A DNA stretch of 64,000 nucleotides from Tubiluchus corallicola (GCA_030141605.1 JAQGDQ010002376.1:292422-356421); one strand, 5' to 3'; shown: positions 1 through 13,196, counted from the stretch's first letter. Notes: generated from the letters alone by a model not told the origin. Numbers and translations: made by a program.

Positions 1-3000
1 CCGCCGGCATGCCTTTGCCCGGCGTGCTGCTGCAATCTGTGCAAGCTTTGAGCAGATGAGACGGTGCCGGTTGAGATTGACAATGTTCTCTCCGATGCCT
101 GGAATATCTGAAAGATCCTTCACGCTGACGAAACCACCTCGTATCTATACAAAATAATGCAATTATTAAACATTAGTTGAAAGCCATGAAAACTGGCCAC
201 TCTGTAACACATATTACATAATTATACATGTAGTTTGTATCGCACTGTTGTTGTGTGTGTACCTAGAAGCCACCATCCAGCGCTCAATGCAGGGGCCAGT
301 TTTTATGTTAATAACTGTGGTGGGAGGAGAACCTTTATATATATATATATATAGGCAAGCAACAATGAAATAAATAATCAGAAGCAGTATGGCACATGAA
401 AATTCCCAGAATTTATTTTCTTGACAGTTACCCATTCATTTGCTAACCAAACCTAGCACTGTTCAACTTTGGTTACTAACCACATACCATGACCACTCAA
501 CTATTCAGTTCACTTTTTAACAGAACTAAGCAAAGCGAGATATACTGCAGTGAAATGTATCTCACAGCATAAATTATTTAAAAATAATAGATTGTAATCC
601 GTTTCAAATCTCCTTTCCCACAAGGAAGAAGGAACTATATGACCTCTTCAGTGCTGAGTAATGACAGCATGTGAACTTACAAAAGAGGAAGTTACTTAGA
701 ACAGTTTCCTTACAAAATTAACCGTAACAGCACATAATAAATAAACAACTAAATGAACACGAAGGAATGATTAGATGAGTAAGGAAATCAATAAAAACGA
801 ATGAATCAGTGAATAAATGCCTGTATGAAGAATGTATACAGGAAGAACACACAAATGAATGAAATAATGATCAAAAGTAGATTAATAAGTTAAATAAAAA
901 GTAAATGGCAAAAGGGAAAAGTAAAAGAAGAAATCTGCAAAGAATAAGTAAAATGTATTCAACAAACAATTTGCCATTTCAAGAATAAAGGTACGTTCAC
1001 ACAAATAAATGATCTCAAAAGAGACATTAAACTAATCTATTCTATGTTACGCAGCTTATGTACTGAACAACTGTAACAGCTTATGCACTGAATCAAGTTC
1101 TTTAGACTAAACCATGTATTAAATCTCCTGGCTTTATCTCCTCTGCCATAATAAATGGTCACTGCCGAACGAATGGACAGGTGTTCCCTTAATCAAAAAA
1201 TACACTAAAATGAGCATTTAATCACTCCAGTACGAACCTGCAGCATGACTAGCGTCACACATTTCTGCCTCTAGAAATCAAAAACTCCAAATAATCACAG
1301 CCATTTTGATGAGTGAGTATCACATTTCAGGGAATCTAACATATGTATATTTATAAGAAATCTAGCTTTGCGCAACACTAGAGCTAACACCATAGACATT
1401 GTTACTGTACTTTCAGGGCTGGATTTTAAACAGTTTTCTTATAGGTCAGAGCTACTAGGGATAAAAATGAACTAATAGAAAGTACTCAGGGTACACTAGG
1501 CAACAACAAACTTATAAAAAACTAATAAAACTTCAGAATATCAAGCACAGTACAGCCACACATCATAGAAAGTACTATAAGAATGTCTTCTGATAGTAAT
1601 ACTAGGTGTTCTGTGGTGCGTAACTGGTAGCACCCCGTACCTGGGGTTGTAGTGCAAGGCAGTGAAGGCACACAACGTTTCCCGGACACACACCAGCACA
1701 CAAGACAGTCAGATGTGGGTCAATAGTGGTAGCACGAACGGGTGTGATCACACAAAGCGGCTCGTCAATAACAAAGTGTCAATAGAATTAAAGCACACCA
1801 TCAACCGTGAACTGTATCATTAATTAATCATGAACTCCGTTTTTATTTTCCTAGGTATATAAGCAATTTCACTTGCAAGTCAGATTTATGATGTCATGTA
1901 AGCAAATATGTCTGATTAAAATCTAATAAATTTCCTGTATTTTTGCGACAACATACCGTTCATTAGATGACCATCATTTGAAGCTTCATTCATATTTGTG
2001 TAAAAAGTGCCACTTTACAAATCAAATGTGGAATTTTAAAAATATAGTGGAGTTCACGCTGAGGGTTTTCACGTACATGCTTCACGTGAATGGCTCTTGA
2101 TTGCCTGGGTTCAATACTCACCCTGAGCTATTTTTATTTAAATTGATTCTGGCTGTTTAACTCTACTAATTTAGCCATTTATCTTATATCAGATATCCCT
2201 AATAAAGAGCCCGTGTACATTCATGCCACAAACATTGCAATGAAGAGGCCTTGCCAATCAATGCTTGATATCAACTCGCAGTGTGCCAAAGCTATTAATA
2301 TACATAAAATGACGAAATCATAGTTGGGAGGTACTGGATATGCAAATGCAGATGTACATATTATATAATGATGTTAATTTTATAAATTTTGATGCCTATG
2401 CAACTACAATTAATTTAATTGAAAAGGTTGACTATTGAGTTCACTTAGGAATTACGTTTTGTAATTTATTAAGATTTCGCCATAGCAAAATCTTACTGTT
2501 TTTCATTGAGTGCAAATTTGATATTATTTATTCTCCGCCATTTTAACGCTTAATAACTCGTAAGCCTTGCAAGCTAGGGTCGCCAAACACGCAGAGTTGG
2601 TAGCCCTGGGCAGGGGACGTACAAATGTATAGCAATCGCTGACCAGTGGTCAAGGGGGGAAGGACAGTGGCCGTTGGTCGGTTTTTCCTTTATGATTCAA
2701 CTCCTCCTACGACTTTCGTCATTTTCCAAATTTTTTTCACAAGTATTTGGGTACTGTGGGGCAGGTGTGCACCTGGGGTTTTAAAAAGCCGACAAGCTTT
2801 AAACGCCCGAGTGAGGGGCCAAAATGCAAAATTTGGGGACCGCCTAATTTGTGACCTTTTACACGCTGAGTGCTAGGGACATAAAACTCACAGGGTGCTA
2901 GGGACTCTCTGGCCAAAGTTATATATGTATACACGTGACTCAAGTTGCCGAGTCAAAGGTCATGGAGCAGTCGGGTCTTCATTTATTTTTCTTTAAGATC

Positions 3001-6000
3001 CATCTGCTCCCACAGTTTGTGGGCTAGGGCGACAATATTTGGTGGTTAGGTGGGGCCAAGTTGTTGGATATGGCAAAATATGGGTGATTTGGAGGGGGAC
3101 AATTTTCCGCTAGGAGGCAAAAACCAAAAAATGGGGGTCGGGAACTGACGTGCACTGAGTGTTGAGCAAAGGTACCTTGTAGCATATGAAATGAAAGGTC
3201 TCAATGAGGCAGATCGAATGGCATATGTTGCAACGAGAATAGCTAATCCGCGACCCCGCTAGGGGGCAAAAACGGAAAAATTGGGGTCGGGAACAGAAAT
3301 GCATTGAGTGTTTACGAATAGTACCATGTAGCATATCAAGGTCTTGATGAGGCGAATTGAATGGTATAGGTTACAATGTGAGTCCACATAAAACAACTGA
3401 AGCTACTGAACTGATACAGCAGACGGTTTTGCTTTATACACGCCATTTGACGGTTGTAGTACACTTAACCTTTGACCTACAGCAACTGTTCGTGCACACA
3501 TCGAAACTGTAAAAATGCTTACTGGCACCATTCAGCTTTTATCTGCACCAAAGTTTTTAAAATAACTGCAAAATCATACAACTGTAGCTGATAGGTATAT
3601 TAGAAGTCACTGGTCCATTACACTTCGTTCAAAGGGCGTGTAAAAAAGGCAAAAGCAACCATTTTCTATAGATTATTTAACACTGTTTCGTCATTTAATA
3701 AATAGCTACAAGGATACGATGTAAACTGTTAATAAGTTGCTAAAAAGCCACATGTTAAATTTGTCTCCTCTTGTGAGCCAAAGCTTATATGTCATTATAT
3801 GTTCAGTATCAATTGCAGAGTAATAAGATCATATTTACAAATGATTAGAGCAGTTAGCCAATGCAAAGACATCATTTACAGATAATATAAAAATAAGGTG
3901 AGCAGAATACAAAAGAAGGCTGCAAATTAGAAATTATACCCATTATATCAGAAAAAACAACTTTTTCTCACAGTATTAGAAATCTGTAACCATGTGCGAA
4001 AGCAAGACCACTAAGGCTCCTGGTTTCATACGTTCACTGGCCTCATAAAAATTCTGGAAAATTTGGTTTTCTTAGCACTGACACCAAACACATGATAAAC
4101 AAACAAAATTTAAGAACCATGACTAATATCTCAGGTTAATATCTCAGTAGCAATATGAGGTCAAAAATGCTAAAAAATACCAATGTTAAATTACTATAAA
4201 AATGCCTAATTAATGAGTGGTTATTTGGCATGAATGAACAGTTAGTACCGCTGCACACCCTCTTCACCAATGTATCTGCCTGGGAAAGTTTTCTGCTGTA
4301 TGAATGAAAACACTGATTTTGAGCGGAATAACAAACTATTTAAAATATACGTTTAAAATTAAAAATCAATCGATTTTAGAACAGCTGTTGTGCAAGACAA
4401 ATAATTTTGAAACACACACTCAAATTTTAAAATATGTAAAACATGCACATGTACAAAATATAAGAAAACATTGTAGATGTCCCATGATGTCTAAATCATA
4501 AATAAATAAGTGCAGACTATCCCTCAAGTTCAGCAGACAATGAACATTATCACACAGATCAGCCTTATGCATTAATTATGTGAGCTACAGGACATCTCGA
4601 GGGGCAGCATTTGGAGCACTTCATTTCAGGAAATTTTTGGCCCTGTCATGAAGTCTTCAAACATCTTGAAGCAAAAAACTGAACAAGCCAAACGCATATG
4701 ACATCGAACCTTAGACATTAGAAACCTACTAGCTGTACCTAACCCATAAAAATCAAACTATGGGATACTTATGATGAAATCAATTAGGAATAGACACTGT
4801 TATAAAAATATTTAGCAAAGCTTAGATATATGAAGGGACTATGTTTGGATCAAGCCAAAGTTCAAAGACATGTATTTATAAGTAAGACAACATGAATTGA
4901 ACAACCATCTTGCTGCAACATCACTAAATTTTAAATACTAATGCAGATAGATAAATCACATTCATTGTTATGTTTAAGTACCACCATCATAAAAACCATC
5001 CATAAATTAGATTAGATTAGATTTACTGACTAAAAATTACAAAAATAAAAGATAAAAACTTAACAAAGAGTAAATTAGTCAAACAAGAACAACACTCAAA
5101 TTGACCGTGTAACAATTAAAATAACTTGAAATGATCAGGCACAAAATTAATGACTAGCTCAGTGTCCTGGCGAGTGAAAATACTAACTTCCTAGTTCCTC
5201 ACTAAAAACAGTCTTGTTTCTAACGTTTCATACATATCATACTATATTTACATTAGTAAATATAAATAAAAATGAAAATGAAGGAATTAGTAAATAATAA
5301 TAATCTGATATAAAAAAATATACTTATGATTTAGGTCAAATTAAAACATTCCTTAATCAAAATAAAAAAATTGTACAATAAATGTTATTAAGCATTATAA
5401 AAATCAAATGCAGACTTCATTTTCATTGCGTTTACAAAATTAGCAAAAGCGTGATGAAACAGTTTTTGATGTTTGTCAAGGAGCTCAAACCTTACTTGAT
5501 ATCGTATATACAATAGTTTTTAATGTATCAGCCAAATGGTGTACGAGTTTTAAATATGAATGTAACTTAATGGTAATTTAATCTTTTTTCTATTCAGCTA
5601 CAAAAAAAAGTGCAAGAATACACGAATAGTTCCAGAACTTCTGGGTATTAATTTTGTCGAAACGTAGACAGTTATAGTTGCAGTAGACAAATCTTAGGTA
5701 GGCCACACAAAAGTTTATTCCTGTCTTAGCTTTATGAGGTCAAAAGACATCAGTAGGAGACTTAAAAATATTCTTAAGCTTTGTGAATATTTAAAGCTGG
5801 ATCATGAAACATTTAAAATCCGTTGAAATCAAAGTTTGTTTATTTCCCACCAGTTAGAAGTAAAGTTTTAAATTATTTTCAATGCACATTATTTCACACT
5901 TTGTTTTTTAGTTTTTTGTTTCACATTACTAAATTATCGTATAGTCTGTTTTTTGTAAGCATGAACGTATATTGATAATTATGGAATAAGCGGCAACACT

Positions 6001-6524
6001 ACTCGGTCATTAATACACTAATTTGACAGAAAATACGGTATTTTTAGCCTCCAATATGATAATAAGCATCATACAAAACAGCAACGTTGACCAGAGTTTG
6101 TCGTCGAAAACATGGCTGCGTACACTCCGAAAGAGTGATGTCTTAATAATCATTGCATTTTGTTTTAAATTAAAAAATACGCTTTTATATGACTACATCC
6201 GGTAAGTATATGAATGTACAAAATTTTTGTAATAAAATTCTGGTCAGGTGTGCAATAAACAAAATATTACCTGGGCGATTAGATAGAAAAAGATGTATTT
6301 TTGTTGTCAGTCTTAGATCCTTTTAGTTGCTTTTCATTTGTTTCTGAAGAGAAATAGAAGTGTAAGTATTTAAATAACAGTCATCTACTACTAATTACCT
6401 TTCTAGATTTGATTATTTGCTTTGCCTTTCTGGGTCCGACCCCAGTCAGACTTTGTAACTGTGTAAGATCAGCTGTATTTATATCAAGTTTCCACTTCCT
6501 GTTTCCACGTCTTCCTCTTTCCAT
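1..6524 (-). CDS. Helix-hairpin-helix (ComEA/HHH_3, EEPD1-like) DNA-binding protein, 5' part; gene continues beyond the left edge
   Basis: Exon 6524-6399 (ATG; donor AAG|GTAATT) encodes MERGRRGNRKWKLDINTADLTQLQSLTGVGPRKAKQIIKSRK. It joins in phase 0 to exon 144-1 (acceptor TTTTGTATAG), IRGGFVSVKDLSDIPGIGENIVNLNRHRLICSK..., giving the tandem HhH pattern INTA...L..L.GVG...A..I...R...GGF....DL....GIG. An in-frame TGA upstream supports this ATG. Confidence 0.8.
1608..1850 (+). mobile_element. Possible solo-LTR or other repeat fragment
   Basis: GC-richer block starting TGTT with an AATTAAA-type signal near 1787; CTAGG occurs on both sides. No canonical CA end, so the call is weak. Confidence 0.25.
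2545..3385. mobile_element. GC-rich non-autonomous repeat (Helitron/Helentron-like) with an internal ~148-bp tandem unit
   Basis: Sharp GC rise. The unit GCTAGG..GCAAAA..AAAAAT.GGGGTCGGGAAC...GTAGCATAT...AAGGTCT..ATGAGGC..AT.GAATGG.ATA occurs at ~3109 and ~3258. The family assignment is inference. Confidence 0.45.
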
Positions 6525-7699
6525 ATCAAGCAGCCATCGTCAACCTGCAAAAACGCAACACAATAAATTTCATAACAAATACAACTTGGTAAATGCCACT
6601 GTTATCAAAACAATGATGTAATCTGTTGCCATTCAGTAGAGCGCCACAATGCACTGCCAGAGAAGCTAAACTGAATAACCTGAATAAGAATAGTAAGAGC
6701 TTAAACCTAATATTCCTAATAGCGAAGTCATAATCTATCGGTTTTGCTGCAATCTAACCGAAAACAATCAATCAACCTTCTCTTACCCTTTATGGTCCAC
6801 CTGAGCTAAGTCAAATGGACGATACAAGTGGTTTTGGTCACCTGGTCAACCAAATGGTCGGCCTTAAAGGGTACTAGGACCACTTTATAAAATGAGGTTT
6901 AAATTAACGTTCTTAAAGTGAAAGTGTTCAGAGTGTAAGGTACATTTTCATTAAAATTTATAGCTTCATTATGTTGTAAGTGCTCAGCTATCCCAACTTC
7001 CAAATTTCTTACCGTAAAACAGAGTGCATTTTGCCGCCTTAACTTTGGACTGCGCGCCACCGATTGTGAAAGCGGCATAGAATGTGGATTCGATTTACAA
7101 AGATTATGGCAGTTATGAACAAGCGAAAATTTTATCTTTATACCTGCACTGTACATGTTCTACGGCAAGTGTTAAAATGTCGTGAGCAATAGATATGGCA
7201 CTAGAGTTTTGACACCATCATACCTCAATAACAATGTTTGGTAGTATGTGCTACTCATGCAATTGAACATTTATTCTAAGAAACAAAACATCTATTGAGT
7301 AGAATGAAATCTAATTTTTGCACAATTTAAACTTATTCGTTTGAACAAACAAAGTAGGCAACTGTAATAAATTTCCAAAGGTATCATGGTGCATAGCATA
7401 TAATAGCTATTCGAATCTGTTTTTAACTGCTGTAAAAGGCCACACCTCACAATTACGATTTGAGGCCGAAAATCAACCCAGTAAATCACAGTACCTTTTG
7501 ATACGAACAGAACAATCTGGCAAAGTGGCCATTAGTGACCACATACTATTGCTGAAGGGTATATACTGGTTAAAGACATCAATCAATTTCAGACCTATTA
7601 TTGCTTGCAATTAGGGTAAGGTTGGACAACATAAGCACCAATTAGTCGCAATTTTGTATAGCAAAAAACTTCCAAACTGGTATAAAAGTGATGTAATAA

Positions 7700-8625
7700 T
7701 AATAATTATTGCAATAATAATAATAATAACATTGGACCAGAAACTGAATGTAGCACTTTGTACATCTTGAACCACATGACATGCATTCCAGGGATCTCCA
7801 GGATCATGACATACAGACAAAATGGGATCGTAGTGAGATAGAAAACGGGAACGCACATTAGAAAAAAATGTGAGTGTTTTCCCAAGTGTCTAAAAATATA
7901 AGAAGCATTGTCTGAAAAGCATTTCTTCTGCTAGGTTTAGTATTAAATCAGGCATCTAAAAACTGTAGAACACAAAACCCACTGAGGAACTTACAGTACT
8001 TGCAAACTGTATAGGACTGACAGTAGTCAGTGATGTATTTGAATCTCTGTATATTGGACATCTCATTATTTATTAAGCAGGAACACCTATTATAGTATGT
8101 TTGTAAATACAACAGCCGCCGTTTATTTTGCAACGCGTTTGCTAAGCTCACTACGGATATTTAATGTCAGTGACATCATCAGGCCAGATGACAATTAAGA
8201 TGGCGAAAATCAGGCTGCATAGTCGAAGAACTTAACTGTTCTTCTTGTTAAAACAACAGATAAGTGAATTTAAATTATGCAATATGAATTAATTTAAACC
8301 TGACATTACAAATTGACATGAACTTGTCTTCAAATGATATGTTTAGTTACATTAATAATAATTGGCAACAACCAAACAAGAAACAAAATACTGAAGGCTC
8401 CTTTTCCTGTCATCCATCAAAAATACGTTGCCGTGACATGGTACAACAGTATTGCCATTTTTGGCTGTCGTCCAGTTTTAGTTAAACCGTGCTCCACCAA
8501 TCATAAATTAATATTGTTGTGGTACCCATTAAACGTGATTTTCAATATTTTATTAAATACAAGGCCAAGCAATGTCTCCAGCATGACAACAAAAACCAAT
8601 TTTATTGGAGTGGAAGCCCGAATAA
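7700..8625 (-). pseudogene. Probable decayed class A GPCR pseudogene
   Basis: Collinear hydrophobic fragments broken by stops and frameshifts: TM1-like KLVFVVMLETLLGLVFNKIL, ICL2/TM4-like WMTGKGAFSILFLVWLLPIII, TM5-like LCSLIFAILIVIWP, TM6-like LGKTLTFF/LMCVPVFYLTTIPFCLYVMIL. The ~930-nt span fits an intronless 7TM ORF. Confidence 0.4.
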
Positions 8626-10556
8626 CTGAAATTAAAAGAGAAAAAATTTCTATTAAAAAACTCTTTTAAAAAGCATCATTTTTCTATTTTAAGAAGAAAT
8701 TTTCCTTTAGATTGTTCTTTGAGCGACGTTTTTTTAGAAAATCGGTGCAGACTTAGGAAGGTACCAAATGGGATTTGTTACCTACGTAGGGTTCTTGTAC
8801 GAGGCGGCTGGTGCATTTACTGCAGGTGGATCTTCTTTCAAGTTCTTTGTAATAGTCAACATATAAGATATGTGCAAGTTTCCAAGACTTTTTTATTACA
8901 CATAACACAACATATAACAAAATCGCTGTTACAGTATAAACTAATGTAAATGTTCAAAGTAAATTACATTAATACAATAATAAATCAATAAAAGGATTCA
9001 ATAATACAATAATAGGAGATTCAAGCCAGGTTTCACAGGAATCTTGAAAGATGGAACAGAGATAAACGTATCGTGGATCAAGTATTTCATAGGGTATTAT
9101 GGTTACAGGATAGTGAAAAAAGAAGAAAAATTAGGACACAAGGAAAGGAGAAAATATGACTGGCAACAACATAATTATGTTAAATTCCAGCAATATGTAT
9201 TATCTTTATTTGCATTTTGTCACATATATGCAGTCACAAACTAAAACAAATAATTAATTAATCAGCAATATTGTAATAAATAAACTGCAACAAAAATAAT
9301 ATAGTTAAAACACTAACTACACTACAAATTATAGTATGGGGGGAAAATGCTGGACCATTTAAAAGTTTATTTGTATTTGTCTACGATCTTCTTCTTTAAT
9401 TCTTTCTTAGATTTTGCTAGAGTAGATTGATGCATGACCTATCATATCAAAAGTGTGCGCGTGATATGACCATATCAGTAAAACCATACGAGTAAAATTT
9501 TCCGAGTTTCGCATAAATTTAGATAAATTTTTCTTTCAAATGCTTGTTATACACTTCTTGATAAGGGAAATGATGATTGTATTCACTGACAAAGAGGAGA
9601 ATCAACAAAATTCTAAATGGTTTGGAGACTGAATCAGTAAATTTTATGTTAGGTCTCATTCTGAAAAAAAGATGTTAGTACTGGTAGTGATTAATTCTTA
9701 TAATAATAAATCACTTTAATTGAAATTCAATCGACTAGTTTAAGTAAGTTGTTTCAATAATTATAACTGATCGTACTTGAATTATGTAACTTAGATCCTG
9801 ATTCTCTGTATTCTCACAAAAGTCATTTCGAGAATCGCTTAGATACTGGCAAAATATAACGAAATTCTGGCCCTGGAAAACCATGCGAATTTCCTTTGCG
9901 GGACACCGTGCGGAAAATCACTCTACGTATAAACGTTAAATAAACTTAAAAATTAGTTAAATAAGGCCAGTATAGTAGTATAAAACTTAATAGACAACAG
10001 ACGAGAAAAAAGCTGGAGTGTTTTCTATGCGGTTTTAAGCTCTATCGCATAAATTGCTTAGCACTAATAATAAAACACTGCAGTTTGTCAATCACACTCA
10101 TTCGCATTTTTTAAAGTTAATTGGAGTTTCAGAAACGAAAATATTTATCAAAAATATAAAAGTGACAAACGTCAACAACACATTCCAACCTTTCAAATTT
10201 GTGACAGCCAACATATCGTTACCTTGTCTCGTTTTCAAACACGACAGAATTTCCTAAGAGTATTTTTTTTAAACTGAAAAACGTCATTGCAATTTTTCTA
10301 ATAATTATTCTTCTATTTAAGGCTTTTCTTAGCATTTGCAATAGGAACAAAATTGCTACACAACACAAACGCATTCAAGATAGCTTTTTTTCATATTCGC
10401 TCTGCGCACTCACATTTGCGCACGTAAGTCGACCAGGCCAATAATATTTAGAGATATTGTTGAGAAAATATCGCAAGTGTTTCAGTGGAAATATAAAGTT
10501 TATTATTTGCGATTAACGGTTTACGGCAGTTCGAGTAGGACGGCAATGTGGAAATC

Positions 10557-10700
10557 ATGCCATTAAATAAGCCACTGCTTAGTGGACTTCAACAAATTCC
10601 AGCATATGCAAGTGAGGAGAGAATCAGATCCCTGTTTGCAAGGGAGATGCATTTGAGAGTCCGAGCCGCTAAGATGAGAGATATGCGGGCTAAGCGTTGA
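10557..10700 (+). CDS. Orphan small ORF (47 aa), hypothetical micropeptide
   Basis: AATCATGC start; MPLNKPLLSGLQQIPAYASEERIRSLFAREMHLRVRAAKMRDMRAKR*. GC-richer than its flanks, with a CCAAT box (~10438) upstream and AATAAA at ~10863 and ~11031. Confidence 0.3.
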   Translation: MPLNKPLLSGLQQIPAYASEERIRSLFAREMHLRVRAAKMRDMRAKR

Positions 10701-11728
10701 ACTGTGCAGACAGAGAGAGTTGAGCTGTTTTTAGCACAGTTTTGGTTAAGAACACTTTGCAGTTTGTGCTACATACATGCATAGATTTCAGCTAAGTGAC
10801 GTGCGCTGTAAATAGAGTGTCTATGCAACTTAAACACTAAATATTCAACATTTCAAGATGGTAATAAACAACTCAAGTTAGTTTATAGCTCGTATGCTGT
10901 TCTTGTATGCACTACTCTAAGGTTAGATCATGAGGTTAGAACACTGAGAAGCTATACGTATTGACTAGGTGTAGTCAATCTATTTTTAACATGTATGTCT
11001 CCCTGTGATAGCATATTTGCATTCTTCTTCAATAAAGTTTCTCCCTGTATTTAAGCCAGCTGTTTGGTGGCACACAGTGAGATTGTCTACCCTATACATC
11101 CAATATCACCAGCTGTAAACAATTGCAATCAGCAATGAGAAATAAAGGTCATTTCATCTTTTAACAGGAATTTCTCCTTAAAAATAGAGCAGAGTTGAGG
11201 CCAACGTGCGTTAGAATACTGTGTCTGGATAGTTGAAATTTTTTGCATTAACGGATTTTGCACAAGTGATAGTGCTACAGTGCAAACTATGCATTTACTG
11301 AAAGCTTTTTACAGTGTTTTCATCAAAAATGGATTTTAAATTTGTCTAAGGTAAGCAAACACATTTCATATAATTTTGCAAGAAAATCTATTGTGTGCAG
11401 AATAGAAGCCAACAAACATGATCAAATATAACATAATCGCTGCTTGGTGAGAGCATTTTTTTCATGAAGCATGCAAAATGCAACACCCACTTATGGTCCT
11501 GAAGAAGCTAAAGTAGAGAATTTACGACAAAAATATTTCACAATAATTATTAAGATATGCACAAATGAAGCACAAGCAGCAAAGGTTAAACGAAGAATTG
11601 AATATTACAATATTTTTATGGAAAATCTGAATTGCAAAACAGTTACAATAGTTTAAAAGAAAGTTGTAGAGAATCCAAAACACAAGGATTTAAGTCCCAA
11701 ACAAATGCCTCTGCCCAGATTAGGCTCA

Positions 11729-12000
11729 GAAAACGTTTCGGCTAGCTGCTGCTGCCATCATCAGTGGTGGATTTACAAACATTCAATAGGCAGAGCTTAT
11801 TATGTACTAATTAAACTGTTAACAGGAGACAAATAGATGATGAATAATAGACCAGTAAAGAAATTGATACAGCAGCTTAAAGACTAATCATGTAATTAAT
11901 TACTAATAGACACACTAACAAACAGCTAAGTGTTTGAAAATGGAGTTAAAGGAATTGAACTGCTTTTAAATGTTAAGAAAAGGCTTATTAGGCTACTACC
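11729..12000 (-). mobile_element. Penelope-like element remnant with hammerhead-like motif
   Basis: Minus strand reads CTGATGA-TGGC...GCC-GAAACGTT (11731-11764). Upstream lies a decayed GIY-YIG C-terminal-like stretch (KPFLN..); the element is cut by the MITE at 12019. Confidence 0.5.
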
Positions 12001-12018
12001 TGCCTATCGAGTGTAGGA

Positions 12019-13196
12019 TAGGAGTGAGCATCGAACGTTTGAATTTGACTCGAACGAGTTTTTTTAGGTCGAATTTGATTCAAACCTTCAATCATCAATT
12101 TGAATAATTCGTGACTTCAGCTACATATGTTCTTTATCATTTAAATGTTTGAGAAAGCATGCAATTAGCACAATTTAGCTGCGTTTTCTGTGCGAAATTT
12201 TTAACAATCTAATAGAGCGGTTTTACTGCAGAACAAAATACAGTTCTATGCACGATCTTTGTAAGACCACTTTTTACTAGTTCAAAAATCTTTTAAAGTG
12301 TATTTGAATTTAATTTGGATTTGAAATACTGAAATTTGGTTCAACTAGAATTCGAAAGTCACAAATTCGATTCGACACAAATTTGCTTTCTAGTTGAGAA
12401 TGCTCTAATGTTGGGGAGAGCATCAAATGTTCAAATTCGATTCGAACGAGTTTTTTTTAATTTGAATTCGATTCAAACCTAAAATTATAGATTTGAATAA
12501 TTGAGCACTTCAGCCATACACATTCTTTATCATTAAAACACTTGAAACATCATACAATTAGCACAATTTAGTAGTGATTCCTGTGCACATTTTTAATTAA
12601 TTTTACATTTTTTAATTAATTATTAGCGGTTTTATTGCAGAACAAAATTGAGTAATTTGCATGATCTTTGTAAGATCGCTGTTTACTGGTGGCTCGAAAA
12701 TCTTTCAAACACAATTCGAATTTGAAATGCTAAAGTTTCGGTTCGATTCGAAAGTCACAAATTCGATTCGAATTCGCTTTCTGGTAGGGGGTGAGCATCG
12801 AACATTCGAATCGAATTCGAACGCTCGAATTCGATTCGAACGAGTTTTTTAGTTCGAACTCGATTCGAATCCAAAACTATAGATTTTAATAATTCAGCAC
12901 TTCAATCACATTTCTTCCTGATCCTTAAAACGATTGAAACGTCATGCAATTAGCATAATTTAGCTGTGATTTCTGTGCACAACTTTAAACAAATTACTAG
13001 TCGTTTTATTGCAGAACAAAATCTAGTGATATGCATGCATAATTTTTGTAAGACTAATTTTTACTGGTGGTTCCGGAAACTTGTTCGAAAATCGTTCAAT
13101 CTCAATTCGAATTCGAAAGTCACAAATTCGGTTCGATTCGAATTCGCTTTCTGGTAGAGAATGCTCATCCCTACTTTCTGATAGAGATTGCTCACC
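12019..13196. mobile_element. Cluster of three ~380-bp hAT-like MITE copies with TTCGAA-rich subterminal repeats
   Basis: Copies begin at ~12019, ~12411 and 12785 with (T)AGGGG(T)GAGCAT-like ends and close with ATGCTCATCCCTA (13161-13173). Copy 3 is flanked by an 8-bp TSD, CTTTCTGG (12777-12784) / CTTTCTGA (13174-13181). Confidence 0.8.

Noticed and set aside
1112-1237. Possible extra exon of the HhH gene (minus strand)
   Set aside because: Both candidate acceptors give stops in the required phase, the donor is weak, and the flanking exons already join into a complete HhH domain.
6868-7497. Kolobok-like element (TTAA|AGGGTACT...AGTACCTT)
   Set aside because: The terminal match is only ~7 bp and there is no right-hand TTAA.
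12019-13173. TTCGAA-rich repeats as a CRISPR array or heat-shock element cluster
   Set aside because: No constant repeat with unique spacers, and the spacing does not match nGAAnnTTCn. TIRs and an 8-bp TSD explain them as MITE subterminal repeats.
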